NCBI GenBank assembly: GCA_965240325.2
Contig: OZ251222.1
Span: forward strand, 4,464,001-4,528,000
Direction of reading: 5' to 3'
Source of the DNA: Rebecca billardiae RCC1528
Lineage: Eukaryota; Protista; Haptophyta
DNA length: 64,000 bases
Position 1 is the stretch's first letter. Each line of letters opens with the position of its first letter. Positions 35,901 to 46,737 of the stretch are shown here, one piece after another. Both the position numbers and the translations under genes were made by a program. The notes below the pieces were generated by a model. It ran no database searches. It saw only the letters and a list, made by a program, of their open reading frames with translations, and was not told the origin of the DNA.

Positions 35901-37737
35901 ACTCGACGACGGCCGACTGCGCGTCCTCCAGCCCGGCCAGCGTGCTCGCGCTCACGCCGAGCTCGGCGCCCGCCCGCCAGCAGCGAGCCACGGAGGCGGG
36001 GAGCACGAGCGCGCGCGCCGGGCCCGCGTCGAAGGCGAGCGAGACGTCGGCCACGTCGACGACGGCGGTGGGCTCGGCGCTCTCAAAGTAGAGCAGCGCC
36101 GAGCCGCCCTCCGCGGCCGCGGCCACGCTCGCGTCCACCGCCAGCGAGCCGCGCAGCTCGCTCCAGCCGCCCGCGCGCGTGCGGATGGGGCCGTCTGACG
36201 CGCCGAGCGTCAGCCAGCGCGCGCTGCCGTCCGCGGCGGTGAGGCGCACGATCGCGCGCACGCAGCCCGGCGCGGCGTCCGCGGCGGCGCACGGCAGGCC
36301 CTCGCCCCCGGGCAGCCGCACGCGCGCCTCGAGCCGGAAGCTCGAGCCGGCGTCCGCGCGCGCGAGGCAGGCAGCGGGCAGCTCCTGCGCCGCGCCCATC
36401 CAACGCGCCGAGCGGCCGCGCGCGCGCGCAAAGGAGCGGCCGCCCTCGCGCTCGACGGCGAGCTGGCCGCCCGTGGCGAACCACGGGAACGCGTGCGCGG
36501 GGTGCGCGTCGAGCCGGCCGTTCGCCACCAGCTCGCCGCACCCCGCCGCGAACGCGCCCGCGCCCGGCAGCTGCGCGCGCACGCCGTCCAGCTGCACAAA
36601 GGCCACGGGCTCAGGGCCGTCCACATAGAGCGCGGCGGCGGCGGTGCTGGCCAGCTCGGCGGGGGAGAGGGAGAGGGTGGCGGTGAGGAGGGACCACTGG
36701 CCGTCCGGCGCGGGCGCCGCCTTGCCCAGCCAGCGCCACGCCTGCGAGCCGTCCGTCGCCGTCAGCCTCAGCGTGAGCGAGGGGCAGCGGTCGCCGCCCG
36801 CCGCGCCGCGCGCGCACTCAGTCTGCGCGCCGTCTGAGCGGCCAATGCGCACGTGCGCCGAGAGGAGGTACGGCGCGTCGGGCGCGACGCACGGGAGCGG
36901 GAGGTCGACGATCGGCCCGTGCCACGCCTGCGAGCGCTGCGTGACGGCGAGGTACGCCTCGCCCTCCGCCGCCCCGCCCGCGCTCTGGCGCGAGAGCACG
37001 CCGCCGGTCGCGCGCCAGCCGCCGCGGTCCGCTTCAAATCCGTCGGCGAGCAGAACGGACGGGCAGCCGTCGGGCGGCGCAGGCGCGGCGGGGAGGGCCG
37101 CGCCGGGCGCGGGCGAGGCGAGCACATCCAGCAGGCGCACCCACGTCGGGCAGCCACCCTCCACCACCGGCCACGCGCGCACGTCGAGCCGCCCCCCCGC
37201 GACGACCATCGGCTTCAGTCCGACGTTGCACCCGCGCGCGGGGCACGCCGCGGCGTTCTCGGCATGCGGGGCGAAGTAGAACTCCGCGTCGTCGTCGAGC
37301 TCGAACGAGACGGAGTGGAGCGGCGATGGCACCACGTCGTCGGGCGGCTCCGCCGAGAGCACGCCCTCCACGATCACGTGCGGCGCGAGGACGCGGGTGG
37401 CGCCCGCGCGCGCGGGCGCGTGCAGCCGACCTTGCACGCGCAGCCCGCCGCGCAGCCGCAGCGTGGTGGCGGCGTCGAGGAGGATGCACCGACCGCACGG
37501 GATGACGACGGGCTCGTCGCTCGTCAGAGGCAGCCCCGAGTCGGCCCAGGACGTGCACGGCGCGGCGTCGAGCTCCGAATTACACGCGAGCGGCTTGAAC
37601 ATGCCATCCGCCGCCACCGCCGCGGACGTACGCCGGCGCGAGGTAGGCGTGGGCGTGTCCGGGGCGGTGGGCTCGGAGGCGTAGGCCTTGGCGAGCTCAA
37701 ACCCGAGAGCGAGCGTCAGTGCGATCTTCACGAGCAT
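32987..37737 (-). CDS. Secreted G8-domain / parallel beta-helix protein (CEMIP/TMEM2/fibrocystin-like) with several CBM4_9-like modules
   Basis: Signal peptide; AEVVLLSRN, GQRGVMGRYPLHLH, RCVVVHGSH, GHCFVLEDGIE, FWLANPEN, AAGS; CBM-like starts LLADGFE, LVANGRLD, LVPNGGFE; introns about 35433-35530 and 34924-35025. Confidence 0.88.
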
Positions 37738-38830
37738 CGTGCCGCGGTGGAGGAGCGGGGCGCTGGTCGGCGTGGACGGACGGGGCGAGGACGTGCCACA
37801 GGATCGCTCGGTCGGCTGGTCGTTGTCACTTTCGCGCAGACGCGCACGGCAAATCTCCGCGCGCGGCCGGGACCGGTCCTTTTCGTCAGGCGTCAGCAGC
37901 TGCGCAGGCGAGACTTCCTTTCGGCATCCGTCCGTTTGCCTTGGTCAGCAGGGCGGGGAAAACGGCATCCTTATCCGTCCAGCGACCGAGGCCAGCCCCC
38001 CCCCCCTTTTACGCACGGTGGAAGTGCAGAACAGCAGAAGTCGTGTGACTCGTGTGACTGTGAGCGAAGGAATGAAGCTGTGAGCAAGTAGGGCCGTCTG
38101 TGAGGTTCCTCATACGGCTCAGCCGGACGCAGCGGGTCTGCGCGAGTAGGCTTGGCAGGCTACAGTTTATAAGGCGTCGGCGGTGTACTCGTGCAGTCAG
38201 CTGCGTGCGAAGGCGGAACATGATGCGTCATCACGCGACGATGCTGACGACAGCGATGTGTCTCGCAGCTCTGGACTGACACAAGTGACGGTGGTGGCCT
38301 GACGATGGTGCAGCGGACACTCACACATAATGATAATGCATTACTGTACTACACTACGCTGCCAGTCGACTTAGCGCGAATCGCCCTGCTGCTGCGAGAA
38401 TCTCCTGACGTGCTCTGTGGAGGCGGAACGCAGAGTGAGCATGACTGACGCACAATCGGAGTAGTGTGCTTGGCCGGCGCAGCCTGTGCAGGATCGGTTT
38501 GACGATCATCTTGAGCGCAGCCACAATCGGACGCGCTAGCGGCGCCAAGCGAACGTGCTAGTCACGCCTCTTGTTCCGGCGTGTCCCGTGGCCTGCGGCG
38601 GATCTCCGTGGACTCGACTGTGCTCGCGCCACGGCAGAGCCTTGAGCGCCGCGCAGCGGCACTCGTGCCAGTGGATGCACATGCGTGTGCCTCATCAACC
38701 GTACGCACCGTCACACACTCACACCCCGAGGATGTCGCCATCGCGCCGGCAGCCATCGTGGACGTGAGTGTACAGTTTACTATGTTTTAACGTGCACACT
38801 TGGTTAAACTGTAACCGTTGTCCTGGGCAC

Positions 38831-39821
38831 ATGGCAGCCTCCCACCGCACGGTGGGGGCGCAGCCCATCCGCGCGGTCGTGCGGCTGCGCGGCGGGGGCG
38901 GCGGGGACGATGGCGACCTCTTCGGCTCGGGAAGCAAGGTGGCCGTCGTCGCGCGCCAGCCGAGCGGCCCGCCCGTCACGCGCTCGTACGAGTTCGACCG
39001 CGTCTTCTCGAGCGACGCGCCGACGGCGGCCATCTTTGCCAAGGAGGTGCAGCCGCTGTGCGCGCACGTGCTGGAGGGGCGGCACGCGCTGCTGCTCGCG
39101 CTCGGGGAGGCGGGCTCGGGGAGGAGCTTCACGCTCAGCGGCGCCGGGCCGCGCGCCGCGCTCGACGCCGAGCTGCCGCCGGGCGTCGCGCAGCTCGCGC
39201 TGCGGCACATCTGGGCAGAGGCGACGCGCGGGCGCGCGCCGGCCGACGTGGAGCTGACGCTGCAGCACGTGGCGATGTACCACGAGAAGCCGTACGACCT
39301 GCTCGCGCCGCGCGCGCGCGCGCTCCCGCCCGCCGCCCTCGAGCCGCCGCCGCCGGGCATGCCCGCGCGCGCCGTGAGCGCCGTGCGCGCGCGCTCTGCG
39401 GAGGAGCTGCTGGGTGCGTACGCGCGCTCGGTGGGCGCGGTGGCGACGCTGGCGGCGGAGGGCGGCTTCGAGGCGTCGGCGTGCACGACGGTGTGTACGC
39501 TTCTCGTGCGCCAGCGCGTCCGCGCCGCCGACCCCGCCGACCCCGCCGACCCCGCCGACGCCGCCGCCGCCGCCGCCGACGGAGCGTCAGCCGGTGCGGC
39601 GCGCGTCGGCGGCGCCGGCGTCGGCGGCGCGTCGGCCGCAGGGTCCGACGAGCTGGCCTCTCGGCTGGTGCTGTGCCGGGTGGGCGGGTTCGAGGCGCTG
39701 AGCGAGCCGTTCGAAGAGCTGCGCATGCGCCACCCGCCCGCCGCGTACGCCTCCGCCGTCGCGCTCGGCCGCGCGCTGCTGCACGTGGCCGAGCGGCGGG
39801 ACGGCGCCGACGGCGCGGCCG

Positions 39822-39867
<46 letters not shown>

Positions 39868-42658
39868 GCCCTGGTCGCACGAGTCGGCGCTCTCGCGCTC
39901 GGTGGGCGGCGCGCTGGGCGGCAACGCGCACGTGCTGCTGCTGTGCTGCGTGCGCCCCGGCTCGAGCGCGCGCTCGCGCACCGCGCTCGAGTACTGCTCC
40001 AAGGCGCGCGCGGGCCGCTCCTTCCCCGTCGTGAACGGCGCGTGCGCGCGCGCGCTCGAGGCGCAGCACGGCGCGGCCGCGCGCGCGCTGCACGCCGAGG
40101 TGGCGCGGATCGCGGCGAGCGGCGCGGGCGCGGAGGGCGGCGCGCTGGCGGGCGAGGAGGCGGCGCGCGCGGCGCTGCGCGAGTCCGAGCTCGAGGGCAA
40201 GCTGCTCCGCGCCGACATGCAGCTCGCCCGCCTCGCTGAGGAACTGGAGGCGGCGCGCGGCCGCGCGGACGCGGCCGCGGCCGCGCAGGCGGACGCGGAG
40301 GAGGCGCGGCGGCGCGCGACGCAGCAGCTGCTCGGCGCGGAGGAGGAGTCGGTGCGGCGCGGGCAGGCGCTGCTCGACGTGCGCGCCGAGCGCGAGCGCG
40401 AGCTCGCCGACGCCGAGCAGCGCGCCTCCGAGCTCGGCGCGCGCCTGGACCGCGCCCTCGCCGACACGGAGCGCCTCGAGGCGCGCGCGGCCGAGCTCGA
40501 AGGATTGAGGGCGGCGGCGGCGGGCGCGCTCGGCGACGCGCGGCGCGAGGTGGGCGAGCTGGAGGAGGACGTGGTGGCGTACCGCGCGACGCTGCTGCGC
40601 GGGCGCGAGGAGCTCGACGCGGCCACGGCGCGCGCGCTCGAGCTCGAGGCGCAGCTCGCCGCCTCGGACGGCGCGCGCGGCCTCGCGCGCGCCGCGGCGG
40701 AGGAGGCGCGCGCGGCGGCGAGCGCGCTCGGCGGCGCGCTGCGCGCCGCCGACGCCGAGCTGGGCGCGGCGCGCTCGCGCGTCGAGGCGCTGGAGGACGG
40801 GCTGGTGGAGACGCGCTCGCTCGCGCACGCCACGCGCGACCGCGCCTCCGAGCTCGAGGTCGTCGCCGCCGCCGCCGACGCGCGGCTCGCGCTGGCGGGC
40901 GCCGAGGGGGGGCGCTCCGCGGCCGCGCGCGCCGCGGCCGAGGCGGCGGCGGAGGCGGCGGCGGCGGAGGCGGACGGCGCGCGCGCGCAGCTCGCGCTCG
41001 CGCGCGCGGACGCGAGCGCGGCGGAGGCGGCGCGCGACGAGGCGCTCGGCGCGCTCGACGCCGCGCACGCCGAGCGCGCCACCGTCGTCGCCGCGCTCAC
41101 CGCCGCGCGCCGCCGCGAGGCAGACCTCGGCGCCGCGCTCGCTGCGGCCGAGCGGCGCGCGTCCGCACTGCACGAGCGATACGGCCAGCGGCTGCGGGGG
41201 TACATGCACGCGCTGGGCGAGGGCGCAGAGGGGGCGGGCGAGGGCGAGGGCGCCGCGCGCGCGCTCGGGCAGACGGCCGGCGACCCGTGGGGCGCCGCCG
41301 CCTCCGCGCCCGCCGCCGCGGCGGAGCGCGCGCCGGCCGCGCCGGGCGGCGGCGCGCCGGCCGCGCTCGCCGGCGCGGCGCAGGCGCTGTCGGCCATGCT
41401 GCTCACGTCGTACGCCGAGCGGCAGGCGCAGCTCGAGGGGGAGGCGCGCGCGGCGCACGAGCACGCGGCCGCGCTCGCGCGCGAGCTCGACGCGCTGCAC
41501 GGCGCGCACGAGGCGCTGGTGAGGGCCGCGGGCACCAAGCTCGCGGGCGCGCGCGCCCGCGGCGCCGGCGGCGCGGCGGGCGCGGGCGCGGGCGCGGACG
41601 CGGACGCGCACCCGCCGGCGCGCGCGCGCTCGGCGGAGGCGGAGCTCGCGGACGCGGCGGCCTCCGCCGCCGCCGCGCGCGCCGCCTCGGCCGACGCCCT
41701 CCTCCGCTCGATGGAGGCGCGGCTGCTCGAGGCCGAGCGCGCGTACACGGCGGCTGCGGCCGAGATGGCGGAGCAGCGCGCGGCCTGGGCGGACGCGCTG
41801 GCCGGTGCGCGGGGCGAGGCGGCGCGCGGGCGGAGGGCGGAGGAGGCGGGCGGGCGGGCGCTCGAGGCGGTCGCCGAGCGCTCGCTCTCCGCGCAGGCCG
41901 GGCTCATGTCGCACCTCGCGCAGCTCCGCTCGCACAAGGAGGCGGAGGCCGCCGCGCGAGCGGAGCTCAGCCGGCAGGCGCGCGCGCACGCACGCGCACA
42001 CGCGCCACGCGCCACGCGTGCGAGCGAGGCGGGCGGCGGGTCGGTTTGGGAGGCGCGCGCGGGGGGGGCGTGCGCGCGCGCGGCTCACGCGCGCGCCGCG
42101 CGCGCGCCGCCGCCGCCGCGCGCCGAGCAGGAGGGCACGCTCGAGGCGCTGCGCGCAGAGAACGCCGCGCTCGTCGCGCAGCTGCGCGCGCGCGCGCCCG
42201 CGGGCGGCGCGACCGCCCTCGCCATCCGCGCGCAGCAGCTCGAGCTCGAGCTGGGCGCAGTCGAGGTGCGGCCGCGCGCGCGGCGGGCGGCGGCACGCGG
42301 GCGGCGGGCGGGCGGCGGGCGGGCGGAAGGGCGGGGCGGGGGGTGCGCGATGCGCGCGTGACGCTCGCGCCGCGCGCGCCCACGCGCCTCGCGCCTGCCC
42401 GCCCCCGCCCCCGCCCGCCGCCCGCGCCCGCTCCCGCAGGGTGAGCGCGCGCGGCTGGCCTCGCGCTCGGCGGTCGCAGAGGAGCAGCTCGCGCAGCTGC
42501 AGGCGTACATGAGCGAGCACATCGCCGCGTACCAGCGGGAGATCCTCAGCCTGAGGCAGCGCGCGGCCAGCACCAACGAGCGAGGCGCGCAGCCTCGCCG
42601 CCCGCCCCGGCTGCAAGCCTCGCCCGCGCCACGCCCGGCCTTGGCAGAGCTGGAATAA
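38831..42658 (+). CDS. Degenerate kinesin motor domain + coiled coil + CCDC78-like C-terminus
   Basis: IRAVVRLR, YEFDRVF, LGEAGSGRSFTL, MYHEKPYDLL, ALGGNA; tail ERARLASRSAVAEEQLAQLQAYMSEHIAAYQREILSLR; introns about 41978-42130 (GC donor) and 42266-42439. Confidence 0.82.
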
Positions 42659-43140
42659 CTCGTCATCATATATATATATATATATATATATCAGCATCAC
42701 TATACGGCGCGTCGTCACATCACTCTGACTCTGCACTCGATCCCTCGATCGTCAGTCGGCGGACATCAAGTCGTCGATGCTCGATCGGCTCATCATCGGC
42801 TCGTCTCAGCTCGGTGACTGCTGTCGCAGCTGCGACTGAGCCGCCTGCTGCATGCGCGTAGCCTTTCTTGCACGGCGGCGAGTGCCGCCTCCCGTGACGA
42901 AAGTCCAACTCCGAGAATCCGCGCGCGCGCGGTGATTCTGCGCCGTGCGACCGCAGTCCGGGCACGATGCGCGGTGTGCTGAGAGCTCTGGTTGTTTGAG
43001 CCATCTTCTGATTAGTAAGCTGCCACCAGCCTTCGGTGTTTATCGCACCAGCACGGCTTGACGAATCGTCGATCGTCGGCAGTGCTGCGGCAGTCGTGAT
43101 TCACTCAGATCGCGGAATCAGCAGTCATGCGCTCGCGTCA

Positions 43141-44001
43141 CTACTGCTGGAAAGAGCACTCGTCACCGGGGCCGAAGTCCTCATACTGCTCCGCATACTC
43201 CTGCAGCGCAGCGAGACACACACTCGTCACATACGAGGGGCCGTGGCGCCGATCACCCCCAGTGAAGTAGTGCCCATACATGTTCATGAGGCGGTAAGCG
43301 TACGCAGAGGTGGAGCCGCGCGTCTCCCACTCCACAAACATCGAGGCCGGGGTCGGATCCGACGAGGTGGGCTTGTCCAGGCAGACCGTGATCATGCCGT
43401 TGTTGACGTCACCTGTGACGCTCGCCTTCTGGCGTGCGAAGGTGTACGCCGTGAAGGGCTGAAGGAGCATCTCCTGGCATGCCTCTACCACGGCGGCCGC
43501 GCGCGCGATGCGTTGCGGCACCGTCGGGTTGCCGCACGCCGAATCGCGGCAGACGTCGTCTCCACCAGGGAAGATGGGAGCCCACACCTTGTAGAATCGC
43601 GCATGGAACGAAGCTGGAGTGTATGGGATGCAGTCTGCGTCCCCGACGCTCATGCACTTGTTCTTGTCCTCGAGCGTCATGCAGCGACACTGGGGCGCGA
43701 CCTCGCCATCCGCAGAGAGAAGGTGTGACTCGCCACCCCTGTGTGGGCGCACGCACGAGGGAGAGCGGGGGCGGGGGTGGGCGCGAGGGGCATGATGTAA
43801 TGCCTTCCGCGTGGTCGTGCTCGCATTGGACATTTGCCCTCACCAATCGGCCTTCTCAAACGGCTTGGGTTGAGCGGCCGCGTAGAGTGCGGCGATGTCA
43901 ACATTGCTCGAGTGGGAGACCGCGGAGGAGATGGACAGGACAGCGACACTCACCACAGCCACGGTCGCGAGTACGCCGATGAGGTGGGACTTTGAGAGCA
44001 T
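43141..44001 (-). CDS. Cys-rich secreted or type II membrane protein, unknown function
   Basis: Hydrophobic N-terminus; GTGAG...CACAG intron 43739-43843 joins ADW|GGESH in frame. Confidence 0.72.
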
Positions 44002-44344
44002 GGTGAATGGGCGGAGCTTGGGTGAAGAGGATCGAACCACGCCGGTCGTTCCTCGGCACGCCCGTGAGAGTCGGCGGTCGTCGGAGAGGTCAAGCGGGCT
44101 CAAGGCGGGCGCCGCGAGCGGTCTCGCTTTTAATTACTAGTAGCGTATATTGATTAGTATCACCATGCGGCGACGAGAGCTATGCTGAACCAACAATTTA
44201 TTAAGTAATTAATTAATATATATATATATATAGTATTGGTCCAAACTCCAAATGGTCCACGAAGGGTGCCTCAACCGACCGGAAGGTGCGCACGGTCCAG
44301 GTTCCTTTGGTCCAGGCAAAGGAATGACGAAAGGTACATCCAAC

Positions 44345-44602
44345 CAAGGGGTCTTACAAATAACCCACTGGGGAGGAAGCCCCCAGTGCGAGCTTGGACC
44401 CATGCTCTGCACCCTGGGGTTTGAGAGTCCGGTGTTTTTGCAGGCTTCAGCGGTACTTTTCTCGCTGAAACGCCTATTCTGGGCGATCTCCGGACAAAAA
44501 GCCACAGTGGCCAGCCTTCCAAAACACCGGACACTCGAACCCCAGGGTACGGAGCATGGGTCCACTTGCCTTCCTCCCCAGTGGGTTTTTAAAGTCTCCT
44601 TG
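44345..44602. mobile_element. Fold-back / MITE-like element with ~90-100-bp imperfect inverted arms
   Basis: 44362-44379 is the inverse of 44570-44587; 44395-44446 is approximately the inverse of 44513-44564; lower GC; next to a TA tract. Confidence 0.7.
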
Positions 44603-45323
44603 ATCCAACACCATGGGTCGTCTGGCTGGCAGCGGTACTCTCCGCCATCGCACTCGCTTCGCGCGAGTACTATCACGCCTTAACCAAGAGTGTGCACGTT
44701 GAATCATAGTATCCGTAAACTGTACGCATAGTCACACGTTAAGAAACCGGGACTACGTCGTCGCGGCTGACGAGTGGTCCGCCGAGGCGTGCGGACTGAC
44801 GTGGTCCCCGTGGGACGCTCACGCGGCGCGCGGCCTGACTACAAGTACTATCTCGCCTGCCTGAGCTCAGTGTGCGTCTCTTATTCTTAGTAAACTGTAC
44901 AGGCTGACAAGTCCCGCCTTCTGGCCTGATGACTGACTCCTGGCCAGTCAGCACCGCAGCATCCATGCAACATCACTATACCAGATTTGCTCCAAAATGG
45001 CCCAAAAGTTATTTATTTCTTCATCGGCCTCGCCGGCCGGGCCTAAAGACTGGCCGCAGCGGGGGGCTCAGCCCCCCCGTGCGCCCCCCCGGCGCCTGGC
45101 CCTGCGCGGCGGGCGGACCTAGCTAATATTATAAGAAGAAGAAACTCGTCAGACTCCGTATAGGCGCTCGGGCTACCGAACGGCGCTATGAATAATAAAT
45201 TGACGACGGACTAGGCTGCACTAGCCGCGTGAGACTGAGATCTCTGACTTCTTACTTGCCGGTTGCCCGCAATTGCCCGTGTACTGAGTGCTGATTAGCC
45301 TATGATTCACTATAAATAATGCC

Positions 45324-45357
45324 CACAGCAACGATTTCTTTTTTAAAGCGGCCGTTA
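45324..45357 (+). repeat. Left TIR CACAGCAACGATTTCTTTTTTAAAGCGGCCGTTA
   Basis: Reverse complement of 51545-51578 with one mismatch. Confidence 0.93.
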
Positions 45358-45879
45358 AGGAAACTCCAACAAATTGATTTTCGGCCGTTAACGGCTCAAC
45401 CCGGGCGTCCGGCCACAATCCCGAGAGCCTCCTCGCGCCGCTCGGACCAACCGACGGTCGTCCAGAGCTCCGACGCGAAGTTGAAAGTCCCGGTGCGCGC
45501 GTGCGCCGTGCGTGCGCGTGTGGCGGCGTCCACGTCGCGGCTGCGCCACCGGTGCTCTAATCGCGGGTGTTCCCCAACCTATCCCCCACCTGCCCCGCAC
45601 CCGCTCCGCGTCCCGACCCGCCACGCCGATCTACTTTGCTAGGTCTGTTCGTAACACGGTGCGAATCTGCGCCCGCCTGCACGCCGCCGCGCGCGGGGAT
45701 GCAGGAAGTGTATGGAGGGGCGCGGAGTTTGTATTCAGGCGGCGGGTTACTCGTGATCCACGCACATGCTCAGCGGGAACGCTTACTTTTGCATGGGTGA
45801 CCGGGAATTTGCATCAGACTAACTTGCTGCGGCTGCGCCCGGCGGCGGCCGCGCGGGACCGCGCTCGCCGCGCGCAGCA

Positions 45880-46737
45880 ATGACGACGGCTGTGCTTACC
45901 GTGGGCAAGGGCAAGCGTTCCTGCGCGAAGCCGAAGAAGGTCAAGCTGCAGCGGAAGGGCGGCTACGGCATCGGGCGCAAGGTCTCTGCCGCATCTGTGC
46001 GGCGGCGCATGGCCGCGGCGGCCGCGGAGAAGGCGGCTGAGCACGAGACGCTCATGCTGCGCGCGCGCGAGGCGGCGAGCGAGGTGGACCACTCGATCAT
46101 GCCGAACGAGAACTACCTGGCGGAGGTCAAGCGCAAGGTCAACAACTTCGTCGCCATCAAGGGCAGCCGGAAGAAGGGCAACCTGCTGCGCAAGGCCAAG
46201 CTGGCGCTGTTCCCGCGTGACGCCCTCTACTCGCCGATGTTCACCTCGCTCGACGACCAGGGCGTCGTGCACGAGACGCGAGAGAAGGACCGCACGCGGC
46301 GCACCGTGAGCTCGTACCAGCCCGAGCGCATCTCGACGTGGCTCAACCTGGGCATGCGCCGCGTCCCGAAGCCGCTGCGGGCGAACGCGCTCGGCGGCGC
46401 GCGCACGGACCGGCACCTCTCGGCGATCAACACGGTGCACTCGCTCTCGATCGAGCACACCGAGATGCATCGGCTCGATCCGGACGGCGCGTACCAGCAG
46501 TTCGCGCACGTGCGCGTGGGCGTGATCTCGCTCAACGCGCAGGGCGGCCTGCACGCGCCACAGGACGCGCAGGGCGGCGTGAGCGTCGACGCCGAGCGCT
46601 ACGCGCTGATGCAGCCATGGCGCTTCAAGAAGGAGAAGGGGCGCGCTGACGTGAGCGGCGAGCTGCTCAAGGTGTGCGCGCAGGGCGTCTCGATGCGCCG
46701 CGGCGGAGGCGGGGCTGGCGGCGCACGCCGTCTGTGA
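45880..46737 (+). CDS. Transposon ORF1 (basic, 285 aa) or first exon of the transposase
   Basis: ATG ORF with strong coding bias and Lys/Arg-rich NLS-like N-terminus; candidate donor AAG|GTGTGC at 46672. Confidence 0.7.
   Translation: MTTAVLTVGKGKRSCAKPKKVKLQRKGGYGIGRKVSAASVRRRMAAAAAEKAAEHETLMLRAREAASEVDHSIMPNENYLAEVKRKVNNFVAIKGSRKKGNLLRKAKLALFPRDALYSPMFTSLDDQGVVHETREKDRTRRTVSSYQPERISTWLNLGMRRVPKPLRANALGGARTDRHLSAINTVHSLSIEHTEMHRLDPDGAYQQFAHVRVGVISLNAQGGLHAPQDAQGGVSVDAERYALMQPWRFKKEKGRADVSGELLKVCAQGVSMRRGGGGAGGARRL

Noticed and set aside
45880-46737. ORF1 as a RAG2-like partner
   Set aside because: No kelch repeats or PHD finger, and it has the same orientation as the transposase, unlike convergent RAG1L/RAG2L
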